The notes below the pieces were generated by a model. That model was given only the letters and a program-made list of their open reading frames with translations. It ran no database searches and was not told the DNA's origin. Below are positions 8,999 through 18,822 of a DNA stretch of 32,000 nt, piece after piece. This stretch comes from Candidatus Scalindua sp. (GTDB lineage: Bacteria > Planctomycetota > Brocadiia > Brocadiales > Scalinduaceae). The stretch's first letter is position 1, and every line of letters starts with the position of its first letter. Where the stretch lies: the NCBI GenBank assembly GCA_031316235.1, contig JALDRA010000001.1, positions 3,990,001 to 4,022,000 of the forward strand. The letters are read 5' to 3'. The position numbers were made by a program, and so were the translations under genes.

Positions 8999-9817
8999 TC
9001 ACAAATTGTGTAAGCTTTTTTTTTGATCTGCTTTTTCCTCTTTCTTTTTCCTCTCTCCGCTATACGCTTTAAAAGATCCGGGAGATCTGATATCATTAGT
9101 AAGAAACTTCTCGCCAAAATATAGCTTCTTTGCCAGCGGATCGTTAATGAGTTTTGCCGTATCTCCGCTTGTTACAATTGAGCCCTCACTGATTATATAG
9201 GAATGATCTGTAATACTCAGGGCCTCTCTCACATTATGGTCTGTTAACAGGATACCGATCCCTTTATCTTTCAGAATCAGAACTATTTCCTGAATTTCAG
9301 CAACAGCAATTGGATCAATGAACGAAAATGGTTCGTCCAGAAGTATTAATGAAGGCGATGTCGACATTGCTCTGGCTATTTCAAGGCGCCTTCTTTCTCC
9401 TCCTGAGAGAGTATTTGCGCTCTTTTTTGACAGATGTGTCAATCCCAATTCGCCCAACAGCTGATTCAGTTTTCTTTTCCTGCCACGATAATCAAATTTG
9501 AGTGTTTCCAGTATAGCCAGGATGTTCTCCTCAACTGTTAAACGCTGAAAAACAGAGGGTTCCTGAGAAAGAAAACCCATTCCCAGCCTTGCCCGCATAT
9601 AGATAGGGAGGTGCGTAATTTCTTCTCCGCCAAAAAAAACCTTACCATAGCTTGGCCTGATCATACCAATTACCATCGAAAAAGCCGTACTCTTCCCTGC
9701 ACCATTCTGGCCCAGAAGACCGGCTATCTGGCCCGCATGAACTTCAAAACTCACGTGATTCACAACGTTTTTTTTACCGTACGTCTTTACTAATTCTATT
9801 GCCTGCAGTAGTTTCAT
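8999..9817 (-). CDS. lptB: LPS export ABC transporter ATP-binding protein LptB
   Basis: Walker A GQNGAGKST, ABC signature LSGGERRRLEIARA, Walker B LILLDEPF, H-loop TDHNVRE, and the LptB-type ending KLYFGEKF. An extra Lys-rich tail of ~35 aa follows. ATG 9817 (MKLLQAIELVKTYG) is preferred to the track's TTG at 9829. Confidence 0.88.
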   Translation of the reverse strand: MKLLQAIELVKTYGKKNVVNHVSFEVHAGQIAGLLGQNGAGKSTAFSMVIGMIRPSYGKVFFGGEEITHLPIYMRARLGMGFLSQEPSVFQRLTVEENILAILETLKFDYRGRKRKLNQLLGELGLTHLSKKSANTLSGGERRRLEIARAMSTSPSLILLDEPFSFIDPIAVAEIQEIVLILKDKGIGILLTDHNVREALSITDHSYIISEGSIVTSGDTAKLINDPLAKKLYFGEKFLTNDIRSPGSFKAYSGERKKKEEKADQKKSLHNL

Positions 9818-9830
9818 GGTTGCCCGCAAT

Positions 9831-11321
9831 TTACTTCACAAAATTAATAGTACGCAAAGGCCAGAAAACAATAAAGGCCTTTCCTACCAGACTATCTTCG
9901 GGAACAAGCTTCCAAAACCTGCTGTCGTTACTGTTTCTGCTGTTATCACCAAGCACAAAGTATTCTTTTTCTCCCAATATCACGGGCTTTTCTGTCCCCC
10001 ATTGTCCAGAGTCCGCGTAAAAAATATCACGGAAAACAGAAATATTCCTGAAAACAGATTCCGTATCGATTCCGCCTATCATCAATCTGCTGCTGAATGT
10101 ATGACGATCAACGGATGAGAGATCAACATCAAAGTTATGAGAAAAGACAACAGTGCCATCTAATTTCAGGGTAAGGCTCTTGTCTACATTTGAAAATTCG
10201 ATCCTGTATTTCCTGTCCTGTTCCAGGAAAATATCAGCATTTTCTATCAGGTTCATATCTGATCCTTTAAGATATGATTTCCGTTTTTCATTTTTTGATC
10301 GTATAAAAGTCTCATAAAGGTTATCACCGGATTCCAGTTTTATGGAGATTCCTCCTGTGTCACGCATGGCGACGCAATCAAACTTTACCAATATGTCTCC
10401 AACTATGGCATTAGAAGTTCTCCCATTGTAAACATTGGAATCGGTAATCTTTCTGGAAAACGTTGCAAAGGAAGACTTGTTTTCATCTCGATGTACCGTT
10501 AAATGCAACTCACCATTATTCTGATTCCAGAAGCTCTCTTCCATGTTCCAGGCTGTGGAGATTTCCTGTTTTGCCTGGTAATTACTGTCAAACACCGGTA
10601 CCCAGAGTTTCTCTTGTACCTTTTCAGGTTTTCTCTGTATCTTGCCGTTAATGTAAATATCACCATTGACAATTTGAAGCTTTTCTCCCGGTAAACCGAT
10701 CATCCGTTTAATGTAATTTTTTCTCACTACCTGGGTATTTGTTGAATTGCACTGTTCGCAGACAACCTTTTCCTCGACATCACAACTTTTACAGGTTACC
10801 CTGTGAAACTGTTCCAACCCCAGGTAGCCTTTAAAAGTGTTAAATTTGGCATCAATGAAATTCTCCTTTTTCAGACTCGCATTGGAGCACTTTCCGCAGA
10901 TCATCGATTGCTGTGAAAAAAACCCGCACGATCTGCAGGCAACATCAATATAGGGATAGATAAAAACGGTGACATCCCATCTATCGGGTTTGCCAAAATC
11001 GTAAATAAACTTATTGACCAGGATCCTGTTGCCACCGCTCTTGCGATAATCAGACAATCGTATGCTGTAAAAACAGTTTGAACATTTCACATAACTGCTG
11101 TTGTGGTCGCAGTCAAATTTCCATGAACAGTTCGGGCATTTCACAACCTTGTGCAGACCCAATAATGTCGGCGCCATTGAGCCAGTAGGAATTTTAAAGG
11201 CTTCCACTATAAATATTCTCAAAATAAAAGCGAGAAAGATTGCAATCAGAATAGATTCAAAATTTTCCCGGACAAACCCCTTGCTCTTCTTCTCTTTTTT
11301 CTTTTCGTTGTTTACACCCAT
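9831..11321 (-). CDS. lepB: Signal peptidase I (S26 family) with Cys-rich and large beta-domain insertions
   Basis: One N-terminal TM helix (ILIAIFLAFILRIFIV). S26 boxes are present: PTGSMAPTL (Ser), GNRILVNKF, RWDVTVF, YIKRMIGLPGE (Lys), GDNSRNSNDSRFW. ATG 11321 (MGVNNEKKK) is preferred; the track start at 11342 is TTG. Follows lepA as in the classic lepA-lepB operon. Confidence 0.85.
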   Translation of the reverse strand: MGVNNEKKKEKKSKGFVRENFESILIAIFLAFILRIFIVEAFKIPTGSMAPTLLGLHKVVKCPNCSWKFDCDHNSSYVKCSNCFYSIRLSDYRKSGGNRILVNKFIYDFGKPDRWDVTVFIYPYIDVACRSCGFFSQQSMICGKCSNASLKKENFIDAKFNTFKGYLGLEQFHRVTCKSCDVEEKVVCEQCNSTNTQVVRKNYIKRMIGLPGEKLQIVNGDIYINGKIQRKPEKVQEKLWVPVFDSNYQAKQEISTAWNMEESFWNQNNGELHLTVHRDENKSSFATFSRKITDSNVYNGRTSNAIVGDILVKFDCVAMRDTGGISIKLESGDNLYETFIRSKNEKRKSYLKGSDMNLIENADIFLEQDRKYRIEFSNVDKSLTLKLDGTVVFSHNFDVDLSSVDRHTFSSRLMIGGIDTESVFRNISVFRDIFYADSGQWGTEKPVILGEKEYFVLGDNSRNSNDSRFWKLVPEDSLVGKAFIVFWPLRTINFVK

Positions 11322-11492
11322 ATCAGGTTTTACCTTCGACAAATTATGTATTTTGAAAAATCTCTCTCAATCCTGTAAAAACTTTCTATCGTGACACATA
11401 GTTTATTGGCTATTCAAGTTTCCGGGAAATACCCGGTTGTTTTTCCCTGAGTCCGGAGATATATCATTTTGCGGGTACGGGTACACTCAGAT

Positions 11493-13289
11493 TTATCCTT
11501 CAGCAGCCAGAACAGAGAGAAATGCTTTTTGTGGAATTTCAACATTACCAACATTTTTCATTCTTTTTTTCCCCTCTTTCTGCTTTTCAAGAAGTTTACG
11601 CTTTCGTGTAATATCTCCGCCATAGCACTTTGCGGTAACATTTTTGGACATTGCACGGATAGTTTCTCTTGCGATTACCCTGCTTCCAATTGCAGCCTGT
11701 ATGGGAACTTCAAACATATGTCGGGGGATATCTTCCTTCAACTTCTTGACTAAATTCCTCCCCTTTGAATCTGCCTTTTTCCTGTGCACAATGCATGAAA
11801 GCGCATCAACCCTGGTCCCGGCAACCATGATATCCAATTTCACAAGATCTTCCGGTACATAGCCCTTGAACTCATAGTCCAATGTTCCAAATCCCCTTGT
11901 AAACGACTTTAATTTGTCAAAAAAGTCAAAAATAATTTCACCCAGGGGCATTTCATACGTAAGAATGGCCCTCTTTTCACTGAGATATTCTGTACTCTTA
12001 TATTTTGACCTTCTCTCGCTGGCGAGCGTCATAATCGAACCAATATACTCTACCGGCAGGATAATTTTTGCTTCTACCATTGGTTCCCTGAATTCATCTA
12101 TCGTACTAACAGGGGGTAATTTCTCCGGGTTGTCAACCATCACTTTTGTGCCGTCATGAGTCACTATCTCATAGGTTACCGTTGGAGCCGTCTGAACCAG
12201 ACTGATATTGCTTTCCCTTTCAAGCCTCTCCTGAACAATCTCCATGTGGAGGAGTCCAAGGAACCCGCATCTGAAGCCAAATCCCAATGCCTGAGATGTC
12301 TCCGGTACAAAGGTAAATGATGAATCATTAAGCCACAGTTTTTCGATTGCATCTCTTAAAGGCATGAAATCGGTGTTGCTGGATGGATATAACCCGCAAT
12401 ACACCATGGGAAGAGGTTTGCGATAGCCGGGCAAGGCAACGTCTGTACCCTGTTTTTCAGAGGTAACCGTGTCGCCTATATGGACATCATGGATAGACTT
12501 TATGCTGGCGATACAGTACCCGACACATCCCGTAGTTAATTCACTCTTCGGAGACATTTCCGGTTTGAATATTCCTAACTCACTCACCAGAAATGATCTT
12601 TTCGTTTTCATCATGAGAATAGTATCACCTACCTTGATTGAACCGTCAACTATACGGAGATAGATAATCACACCACGATAATCATCATAAACAGAATCAA
12701 AGATAAGTGCACGCAACGGAGCCTTTGTTTTGCCTTTTGGCGGTGGTATACGGCTGATTATGGCATCGAAGACATCATCTATTCCATAGCCGGTTTTAGA
12801 ACTTACCTTGAGCATTTCTTCGTCCTCAATGCCCAGGATCGAAACCACTTCCCTGCCAACCTCCTGGGGTCTTGAAGATTTAAGATCAACCTTGCTGAGC
12901 ACAGGTATGATCTCAAGATCATTATCCATTGCCAGATACACATTTGTCAGGGTCTGCGCCTCAATCCCCTGCGATGCATCTACCAGCAGTAAACATCCCT
13001 CACATGCGCTGAGACTTCTGGACACTTCATAGCTGAAATCCACATGACCGGGTGTATCGATCAGGTTTAACGTGTAAACGGTGCCGTTTTTGTTGTAATC
13101 CAGGGAAACGGCGCTGGCCTTTATGGTAATACCCCGCTCCCTTTCGAGATCCATACTATCCAGCATCTGATCACGGAGTTTCCTTGAATTCACGGCATGT
13201 GCCTTTTCCAGGAGTCGGTCTGCCAGGGTGGACTTTCCATGATCGATGTGAGCTATTATACTGAAATTGCGTATTAAATTAACATCCAA
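11493..13289 (-). CDS. lepA: Translation elongation factor 4 (LepA)
   Basis: 598 aa. G-domain motifs AHIDHGKST and DTPGHVDF, plus the LepA-specific C-terminal region. TTG start with AGGAG 6 nt upstream. Confidence 0.97.
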   Translation of the reverse strand: MDVNLIRNFSIIAHIDHGKSTLADRLLEKAHAVNSRKLRDQMLDSMDLERERGITIKASAVSLDYNKNGTVYTLNLIDTPGHVDFSYEVSRSLSACEGCLLLVDASQGIEAQTLTNVYLAMDNDLEIIPVLSKVDLKSSRPQEVGREVVSILGIEDEEMLKVSSKTGYGIDDVFDAIISRIPPPKGKTKAPLRALIFDSVYDDYRGVIIYLRIVDGSIKVGDTILMMKTKRSFLVSELGIFKPEMSPKSELTTGCVGYCIASIKSIHDVHIGDTVTSEKQGTDVALPGYRKPLPMVYCGLYPSSNTDFMPLRDAIEKLWLNDSSFTFVPETSQALGFGFRCGFLGLLHMEIVQERLERESNISLVQTAPTVTYEIVTHDGTKVMVDNPEKLPPVSTIDEFREPMVEAKIILPVEYIGSIMTLASERRSKYKSTEYLSEKRAILTYEMPLGEIIFDFFDKLKSFTRGFGTLDYEFKGYVPEDLVKLDIMVAGTRVDALSCIVHRKKADSKGRNLVKKLKEDIPRHMFEVPIQAAIGSRVIARETIRAMSKNVTAKCYGGDITRKRKLLEKQKEGKKRMKNVGNVEIPQKAFLSVLAAEG

Positions 13290-13423
13290 ATGCTGCTCCT
13301 ATGTGATTTCAGATCCTGAAAAGATCCGAAATCCTGCTTCTGCCCGCCCAGACGCGATCCGGCACATACTGGCCTGAGGGATGGCTGAAAGGAGCGGGCA
13401 AAACAAAAAACATTCATAAATTA

Positions 13424-13464
13424 AAACCCTCTGCAGTGCAACACGGTAGCAAAACAGAGGGTTT
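13424..13464 (-). terminator. Candidate terminator after the cytochrome c gene
   Basis: 10-bp stem AAACCCTCTG (13424-13433) / CAGAGGGTTT (13455-13464). On the minus strand a T-rich tract follows (ttaatttatgaatgttttttgtttt). The 21-nt loop is long for a terminator. Confidence 0.4.
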
Positions 13465-13492
13465 CAGATATGCCCGGTAAAAGTGTTTTCTT

Positions 13493-13828
13493 TTACTTCA
13501 CAAATTTTCTCACATGTGCGGCCATAGCCTTGATTTCTTCTTCTGAAAGCATATCCCCGAATGGGATGTAATTAGGGTTTTCTTCTTTTCCATTCGTGAT
13601 TGAATGGAAAAACTCATCGTCCGAACGCGAGGCCTGCCATTCAGCATTAGTGAAGTCTTGGACTCCGAAATCAATACCCTGACTGGTGCCCTTGCCATCC
13701 GCACCGTGACACATCTCACACTTTTCAGCGTATATAGTATCAGTATCTATGGCGAATGCATGGGTACTGAGAAGGCAGATAGAAAACCCTGTAAACAAAA
13801 TTAAAGCAATCATTTTAAGTCTGAACAT
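13493..13828 (-). CDS. Monohaem c-type cytochrome (class I-like), exported
   Basis: Signal peptide MFRLKMIALILFTGFSICLLSTHAFA, a single CEMCH (CxxCH) haem site, and a candidate distal Met in FGDMLS. ATG 13828 with GGAG 9 nt upstream is preferred to TTG 13837. Confidence 0.85.
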   Translation of the reverse strand: MFRLKMIALILFTGFSICLLSTHAFAIDTDTIYAEKCEMCHGADGKGTSQGIDFGVQDFTNAEWQASRSDDEFFHSITNGKEENPNYIPFGDMLSEEEIKAMAAHVRKFVK

Positions 13829-13904
13829 CTTTAACAACTCCTTTCATAATATAAGTTACAAAAAAACAAAATTGATACAACATGTATGCAGAAAAACAAT
13901 AAAT

Positions 13905-14504
13905 CTATCCTGCAAGTTCCATCAATTTCTCACTAAAAAGTCTCAAAGCCAGAGCCCTGTGACTTACGCGATTTTTGACCTCAGGTTTTAATTCCGCAAA
14001 GGTCTGCCTGTATTCCGGCACAAAAAATATGGGATCATATCCAAAACCCTGTATCCCACGAGGTGCGGAGGCTATAAGCCCCTCACACTCCGCTTCAACA
14101 ACCAATAATAGTTCCTCAGGATCTGCCAGAGCTATGGAACAGCGAAACCGTGCCGTCCTTCTTTCAAAGGCCACTCCTTTCATCTCTTCGAGCAGCCGGT
14201 AACATTTCTCTTCATAACCGGTATCTTTGCCGCAATAACGGGACGACAGAACTCCGGGCCGCCTGTCTAATGCATCGACCTCCAGGCCTGAATCGTCTGC
14301 CATTACCCACATGTTGCAGAAACCTGCAAGTTCCCGTGCCTTTTTTACAGCATTTTCTTTAAACGTTGCTCCATCCTCGACAACATCAGGGGGGTTTTTG
14401 AAATTTTCCAGATCCAGCAATTTCACCGGAATCCCGGCAAGAATCTTCCTGATTTCCTCTTTTTTTTTCTGATTGGTTGTCCCTATCACGATACTTTTCT
14501 GCAT
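13905..14504 (-). CDS. rdgB: dITP/XTP pyrophosphatase (RdgB/Ham1 family)
   Basis: 199 aa. IGTTNQKK, DDSGLEVDAL, PGVLSSRY and GFGYDPIF motifs. Sits downstream of rph, the conserved pairing. Confidence 0.9.
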   Translation of the reverse strand: MQKSIVIGTTNQKKKEEIRKILAGIPVKLLDLENFKNPPDVVEDGATFKENAVKKARELAGFCNMWVMADDSGLEVDALDRRPGVLSSRYCGKDTGYEEKCYRLLEEMKGVAFERRTARFRCSIALADPEELLLVVEAECEGLIASAPRGIQGFGYDPIFFVPEYRQTFAELKPEVKNRVSHRALALRLFSEKLMELAG

Positions 14505-14556
14505 GGTGTATCGAACAAACGCAGCTGGCTTTCAAAAAGATTCTGTGGTCATGTTC

Positions 14557-15273
14557 CTATTCATCAAGCGCTGTCTGCTGAATCTGTGTCAGCTGGTTAA
14601 TCCCCTGTTTCGCCTGGGATATCATCGCGGAAAGTTCTTCATCGGAGAAAGAGTACTCTTCTCCAGTCCCCTGCAACTCAATGTACCTGCCCTCTCCTGT
14701 TAATACCACATTCATATCAACCTGGGCTTCGAAATCCTCTTCATAGCAGAGATCAAGAAGGGACTCACCATTTACGATCCCGACGCTTACGGCAGCGATG
14801 CTTCCCAGAACCGGTTCTCCCGTAATTTTTCCGTTTTTCTTCAACCAGTTAATTGCATCGATCAGGGCTACATACGCACCCGTTATCGAAGCCACCCGTG
14901 TCCCGCCATCAGCTTGAATAACATCGCAGTCAATCCATATGGTCCTCTCCCCAAGAGCTGAGAGGTTGACTATGGAACGCAGTGATCTGCCGATGAGCCG
15001 TTGAATTTCCTGGGTACGGCCGCTTACTTTTCCACGGGTTGCTTCCCGTGAAGCCCTTCTGGCAGTGGATCCCGGCAGGAGCGAGTATTCAGCGGTTATC
15101 CACCCTTTACCCGTGTTTTTCAGATAACCGGGTACACTCTCCTCTACCGAAGCGGTACAGATCACCTTGGTTTCTCCAAATTCTATCAATACAGAGCCTG
15201 GTGAAAATTTAGTGAAATTTCTCTCAATTGTCACAGGACGCAATTCGTCTGATCGTCTGCCGTCTTTTCGCAT
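14557..15273 (-). CDS. rph: Ribonuclease PH
   Basis: 238 aa. [26 protein letters not shown] and [15 protein letters not shown] motifs of RNase PH. Confidence 0.95.
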   Translation of the reverse strand: MRKDGRRSDELRPVTIERNFTKFSPGSVLIEFGETKVICTASVEESVPGYLKNTGKGWITAEYSLLPGSTARRASREATRGKVSGRTQEIQRLIGRSLRSIVNLSALGERTIWIDCDVIQADGGTRVASITGAYVALIDAINWLKKNGKITGEPVLGSIAAVSVGIVNGESLLDLCYEEDFEAQVDMNVVLTGEGRYIELQGTGEEYSFSDEELSAMISQAKQGINQLTQIQQTALDE

Positions 15274-15293
15274 ACTATAATAAAACCTTTTAT

Positions 15294-16226
15294 TTATTTT
15301 CCGTTACTGCAGATGAGAAGCTTTAACAGGGCTTTCTGAAGGTGTAATCTGTTTTCAGCCTGATCGTAAACAATTGAATTCGATCCATCAATGACTTCAT
15401 CCGTTATTTCCTCTCCACGATGAGCGGGAAGGCAATGCATCACAAGGGCACCCTGTTTGGCAGCGGCCAGCAGTGAACCGTTTACCTGGTAATTTTTAAA
15501 ATCATTTCGCCTGGTTGCAGTTTCCGCCTCTCTTCCCATACTTATCCATGTATCTGTATAAACAATGTCTGCATCTCTTACCGCCTCAAGGGGATTTCTC
15601 TGCTGCTCTATACATATACCGGATTTTGCAGACATCATTGCCGATTCCAGTGATTCAGCCGGCAACTCATAATTTTCCGGAGAAGCTATCGTAAACGAGA
15701 CATCGAGTTTTGCACATAAAAAAGCCAATGACCTTGCAACATTATTTCCGTCTCCGACAAATGCGATTTTCACGCCGTCAAGCGTACCCTTTTTCTCTTT
15801 TATTGTATACAGATCAGTAAGAGCTTGACAGGGATGAGTATAATCAGAAAGGGCATTAATTACGGGTACCGATGAATGGTCCGCCAGTTCAACAACTGTC
15901 TCATGCGCATAGGTTCTGATGGTAATGCAGTCTACATATCTTGAAAGAATTGCTGCGACATCCTTGATAGATTCCCGCTCACCAATATTAATGTCCTGTT
16001 TCGTCAGATATATTGCATGCCCGCCCAGTTGTGTCATTGCTACTTCAAAAGAGACTCTCGTCCGCATTGAACTTTTTTCAAAGATCATACCAAGTGTTTT
16101 GCCCGCAAGAGAATGATCAGTCTGCCTGTTTTTGCTGGAACCTTTTATCTGCTCCGTCAATGCAAACAGTTCGTTAATTTCTTCAACTGCAAGATCTTTA
16201 ATTGTAACCAGGTTTTTACTATTCAT
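15294..16226 (-). CDS. argF: Ornithine carbamoyltransferase
   Basis: 310 aa. SMRTRVSFE (carbamoyl-phosphate site), HPCQAL, DTWISMG and [10 protein letters not shown] motifs. Confidence 0.9.
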   Translation of the reverse strand: MNSKNLVTIKDLAVEEINELFALTEQIKGSSKNRQTDHSLAGKTLGMIFEKSSMRTRVSFEVAMTQLGGHAIYLTKQDINIGERESIKDVAAILSRYVDCITIRTYAHETVVELADHSSVPVINALSDYTHPCQALTDLYTIKEKKGTLDGVKIAFVGDGNNVARSLAFLCAKLDVSFTIASPENYELPAESLESAMMSAKSGICIEQQRNPLEAVRDADIVYTDTWISMGREAETATRRNDFKNYQVNGSLLAAAKQGALVMHCLPAHRGEEITDEVIDGSNSIVYDQAENRLHLQKALLKLLICSNGK

Positions 16227-16245
16227 CTCTGTTCTGTCTTAAACA

Positions 16246-16291
16246 GGCAACAATCGTAGCCAGGCATTTCTGTCTGGATCCGATTGTTGCC
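16246..16291 (-). other. Intercistronic stem-loop between argD and argF
   Basis: 11-bp outer stem GGCAACAATCG (16246-16256) / CGATTGTTGCC (16281-16291), with an inner CCAG/CTGG stem. No T-run follows, so it is more likely an mRNA processing or stability element than a terminator. Confidence 0.4.
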
Positions 16292-16326
16292 CCTTAGTAT
16301 TCCTTTGATCAATCTGCAAGGTTGTG

Positions 16327-17508
16327 TTATGTTTCCAATACACTCTTCAGGATATCCAGACCTTCATCAATATGCTCTTTCTGGACAGTTATCGGCGGCA
16401 TGAACCTGATCACGTTTTCATGGGTACAGTTGAGCAGCAGTCCAGCTTCCATACACTTCCTGACAGCATCCGGTGCTGGAATCGTAAGCTCTATTCCAAT
16501 CATCAGACCGATACCCCTCACGTCAGCAATACATGGCAGCTCCCGTGCAAAATCTGATAAACGGTCAGCGGCATACTTACCCATTCTGGTCGCATTATCA
16601 AGTAGATTTTCCGACTGAATAGTCTCAAAAACGGCAACTGCCGCTGAACATGCAAGGGGATTTCCTCCAAACGTCGATGCATGAGTTCCCGGTACCAGGC
16701 TTTTCGCTATCTCTGGTTTCGCCTCCATTGCGCCTATTGCTGTTCCATTTCCAAGAGATTTTGCAAGTGTCATAATGTCTGGATCGATATCGTAATGCTG
16801 ATAGGCGAAGTATTTTCCCGTCCTGCCCATTCCAGTCTGTACCTCATCCAGAATCAGGAGTATCTCCCTTTCATCACAGATTCTCCTCAGCTGCTTCATG
16901 AAATCCTGATCAGCTACATTGATACCCCCTTCACCCTGGATTGGTTCAAGCATTACACCGCAGGTTTTATCATCAATGGCCTTTTCCACTTCATCCGCCC
17001 TGTTAAAGGGGACATAGGTAAACCCCTCTAAAAGGGGTGTAAAACCCTTGTGATACTTCGGCTGTCCCGTTGCCGTTATTGTTGCAAGGGTTCTTCCATG
17101 AAACGAATCATTCATCGTAACGATCTTATACTTTCCCTTGTGTGAGTTATGCAGCCTTGCCAGCTTTATTGCCGCCTCATTTGCCTCCGCCCCACTGTTA
17201 CAGAAGAAACACTGCCCGTGAAAAGAGTTCTCTGAAATATATTCCGCAAGGATACCTTGAGGCTTTGTGTAGTATATGTTCGGCATATGCACCAACGTTG
17301 CAGCCTGTTCCTGGATTGCCTTTGTAACATTTGGATTACAATGCCCGATGGAACTGACAGCCCAGCCGGAAAACAGGTCAAGATATCTCCTGTTATTTTC
17401 ATCCCAGACATGCACACCGTCCCCCTTTACAAATACTATGGGATTACGGACATAATTTGGTATTACATATTTATCGTACTGCTCAATAATTTCACTCTTC
17501 TTCATCAT
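16327..17508 (-). CDS. argD: Acetylornithine aminotransferase (class III PLP aminotransferase)
   Basis: 393 aa. DEVQTGMGRTG and the PLP-Lys context MTLAKSLGNG. Placed between argB and argF. Confidence 0.9.
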   Translation of the reverse strand: MMKKSEIIEQYDKYVIPNYVRNPIVFVKGDGVHVWDENNRRYLDLFSGWAVSSIGHCNPNVTKAIQEQAATLVHMPNIYYTKPQGILAEYISENSFHGQCFFCNSGAEANEAAIKLARLHNSHKGKYKIVTMNDSFHGRTLATITATGQPKYHKGFTPLLEGFTYVPFNRADEVEKAIDDKTCGVMLEPIQGEGGINVADQDFMKQLRRICDEREILLILDEVQTGMGRTGKYFAYQHYDIDPDIMTLAKSLGNGTAIGAMEAKPEIAKSLVPGTHASTFGGNPLACSAAVAVFETIQSENLLDNATRMGKYAADRLSDFARELPCIADVRGIGLMIGIELTIPAPDAVRKCMEAGLLLNCTHENVIRFMPPITVQKEHIDEGLDILKSVLET

Positions 17509-17537
17509 GTTACATTTCCACTCTTATTTTGTATATA

Positions 17538-17645
17538 CTAAAACCGATCTGGTTTCCGGTTTTACCGGAAACCAGATCTTGGTGAAGGTATACTCGCTCA
17601 ATTTTACCTCGGATTTTATCCGAAATCCAGTATGAGATGAGTATA
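17538..17645 (+). repeat. 108-nt structured intergenic repeat, copy A
   Basis: Aligns without gaps to the reverse complement of 30899-31006 (100/108 identical, counted by hand). Contains a 15-bp stem GATCTGGTTTCCGGT-ttt-ACCGGAAACCAGATC and a second small hairpin TCGGA-tttta-TCCGA. Confidence 0.75.
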
Positions 17646-17700
17646 TTTTCTATCTTTCCCCTGCTCTCCAGATAGAGAGTAATCTCCAGCCAGCCAGCGG

Positions 17701-18708
17701 TTAAACAATAATCTGCGTTCCGATTCCCTTGTCAGTAAAAATCTCCAATAAGAGAGAATGGGGGATGTTTCCGTCAATAATATGCGCTTTTCCTACACCA
17801 TCTGTCAAAGCGGATATACAGGCCTTTGCTTTCGGCAGCATTCCTCCCTTGATTACCCCGCTTTCTATCAATTCATACACCTCATCCTCATGCAGCGTTG
17901 ATGCAAATGCTTCCGGATTAGAGGGATCAGTTGATATTCCGTGGGTGTTTGATATAAATACCAGTTTTTCCGCTTTCAGATAGCGTGCGATAAAGCAGGC
18001 TACATTGTCCGCATTCACATTGAAGTTTTCTCCGGCGGATCCCACCCCGATCGGAGGTACGACAGCAATGTGGCCGCTATCGCATAAGCAGCACAGCTTA
18101 TCGCAATCGATTGCCGTAATCTCGCCCACATAACCGAAATCAGGACCCGCGGATCCATCGTTCTCTTTTAATACATATTTCCTGGCCTTTAAAGGACTGG
18201 TATTCTTATTCCACACACAGACTGCATCAGCCCTCATCTCTTTTATCTTGTTGACAATCAAGGTGCTTATCTGGTTTGCGAGCACGTCAATTGCTATCTC
18301 CAGGGTCTCTTTATCCGTAATACGGTACCCGTTAACAAAGACGGGATCCTTCCCCCTTTTTTTCATTTCCTCACTTATATACGGACCTCCGCCATGAACT
18401 ATTATTGGTTTCATGCCGATAGCATGCATAAAAACCACATCCTGCAGGATACTGAGGAAGGTTTTTATATTGACCATGGCGCTGCCGCCAAATTTTATTA
18501 CGACAATCTTACCCTTAAAGGACTGAATATACGGAAGTGCCTCAATCAGGACCCTGGACTTCATAATTGCATCATCTAATGTTATACCTTTTGTATCAGT
18601 ATCCGCCAGCGCTTTCAGTCCGGCATTTGCTGATAAAGCCTCATCGCAGAGAATACCTGCAACGCCGCTCCTCTGTATATTTTCACTGGTTGCCTGTCTG
18701 TTCATCAA
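17701..18708 (-). CDS. argB: Acetylglutamate kinase
   Basis: 335 aa. EALPYIQSF.GKIVVIKFGGSAM and IVHGGGP motifs of the amino-acid-kinase fold. About 45 residues precede the conserved core, so the start is uncertain (alternative ATG at 18564). Confidence 0.88.
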   Translation of the reverse strand: MMNRQATSENIQRSGVAGILCDEALSANAGLKALADTDTKGITLDDAIMKSRVLIEALPYIQSFKGKIVVIKFGGSAMVNIKTFLSILQDVVFMHAIGMKPIIVHGGGPYISEEMKKRGKDPVFVNGYRITDKETLEIAIDVLANQISTLIVNKIKEMRADAVCVWNKNTSPLKARKYVLKENDGSAGPDFGYVGEITAIDCDKLCCLCDSGHIAVVPPIGVGSAGENFNVNADNVACFIARYLKAEKLVFISNTHGISTDPSNPEAFASTLHEDEVYELIESGVIKGGMLPKAKACISALTDGVGKAHIIDGNIPHSLLLEIFTDKGIGTQIIV

Positions 18709-18785
18709 ATCGTGTGTATCCTGAAAGTTACGTTAAAAAAGAAAGCAATTAAGACAATATTGCATAATACTTTATATTGATCGAA

Positions 18786-18815
18786 ATTATAGTCTTTCCT
18801 GCACACGCGTGTCAA
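18786..18815 (-). promoter_or_regulatory. Sigma-70-type promoter candidate for argB-argD-argF
   Basis: The minus strand reads TTGACA (18815-18810), an 18-nt spacer, then TATAAT (18791-18786). It lies ~75 nt upstream of the argB ATG and just after the ruvC stop. Confidence 0.45.
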
Positions 18816-18822
18816 GGTTAAA

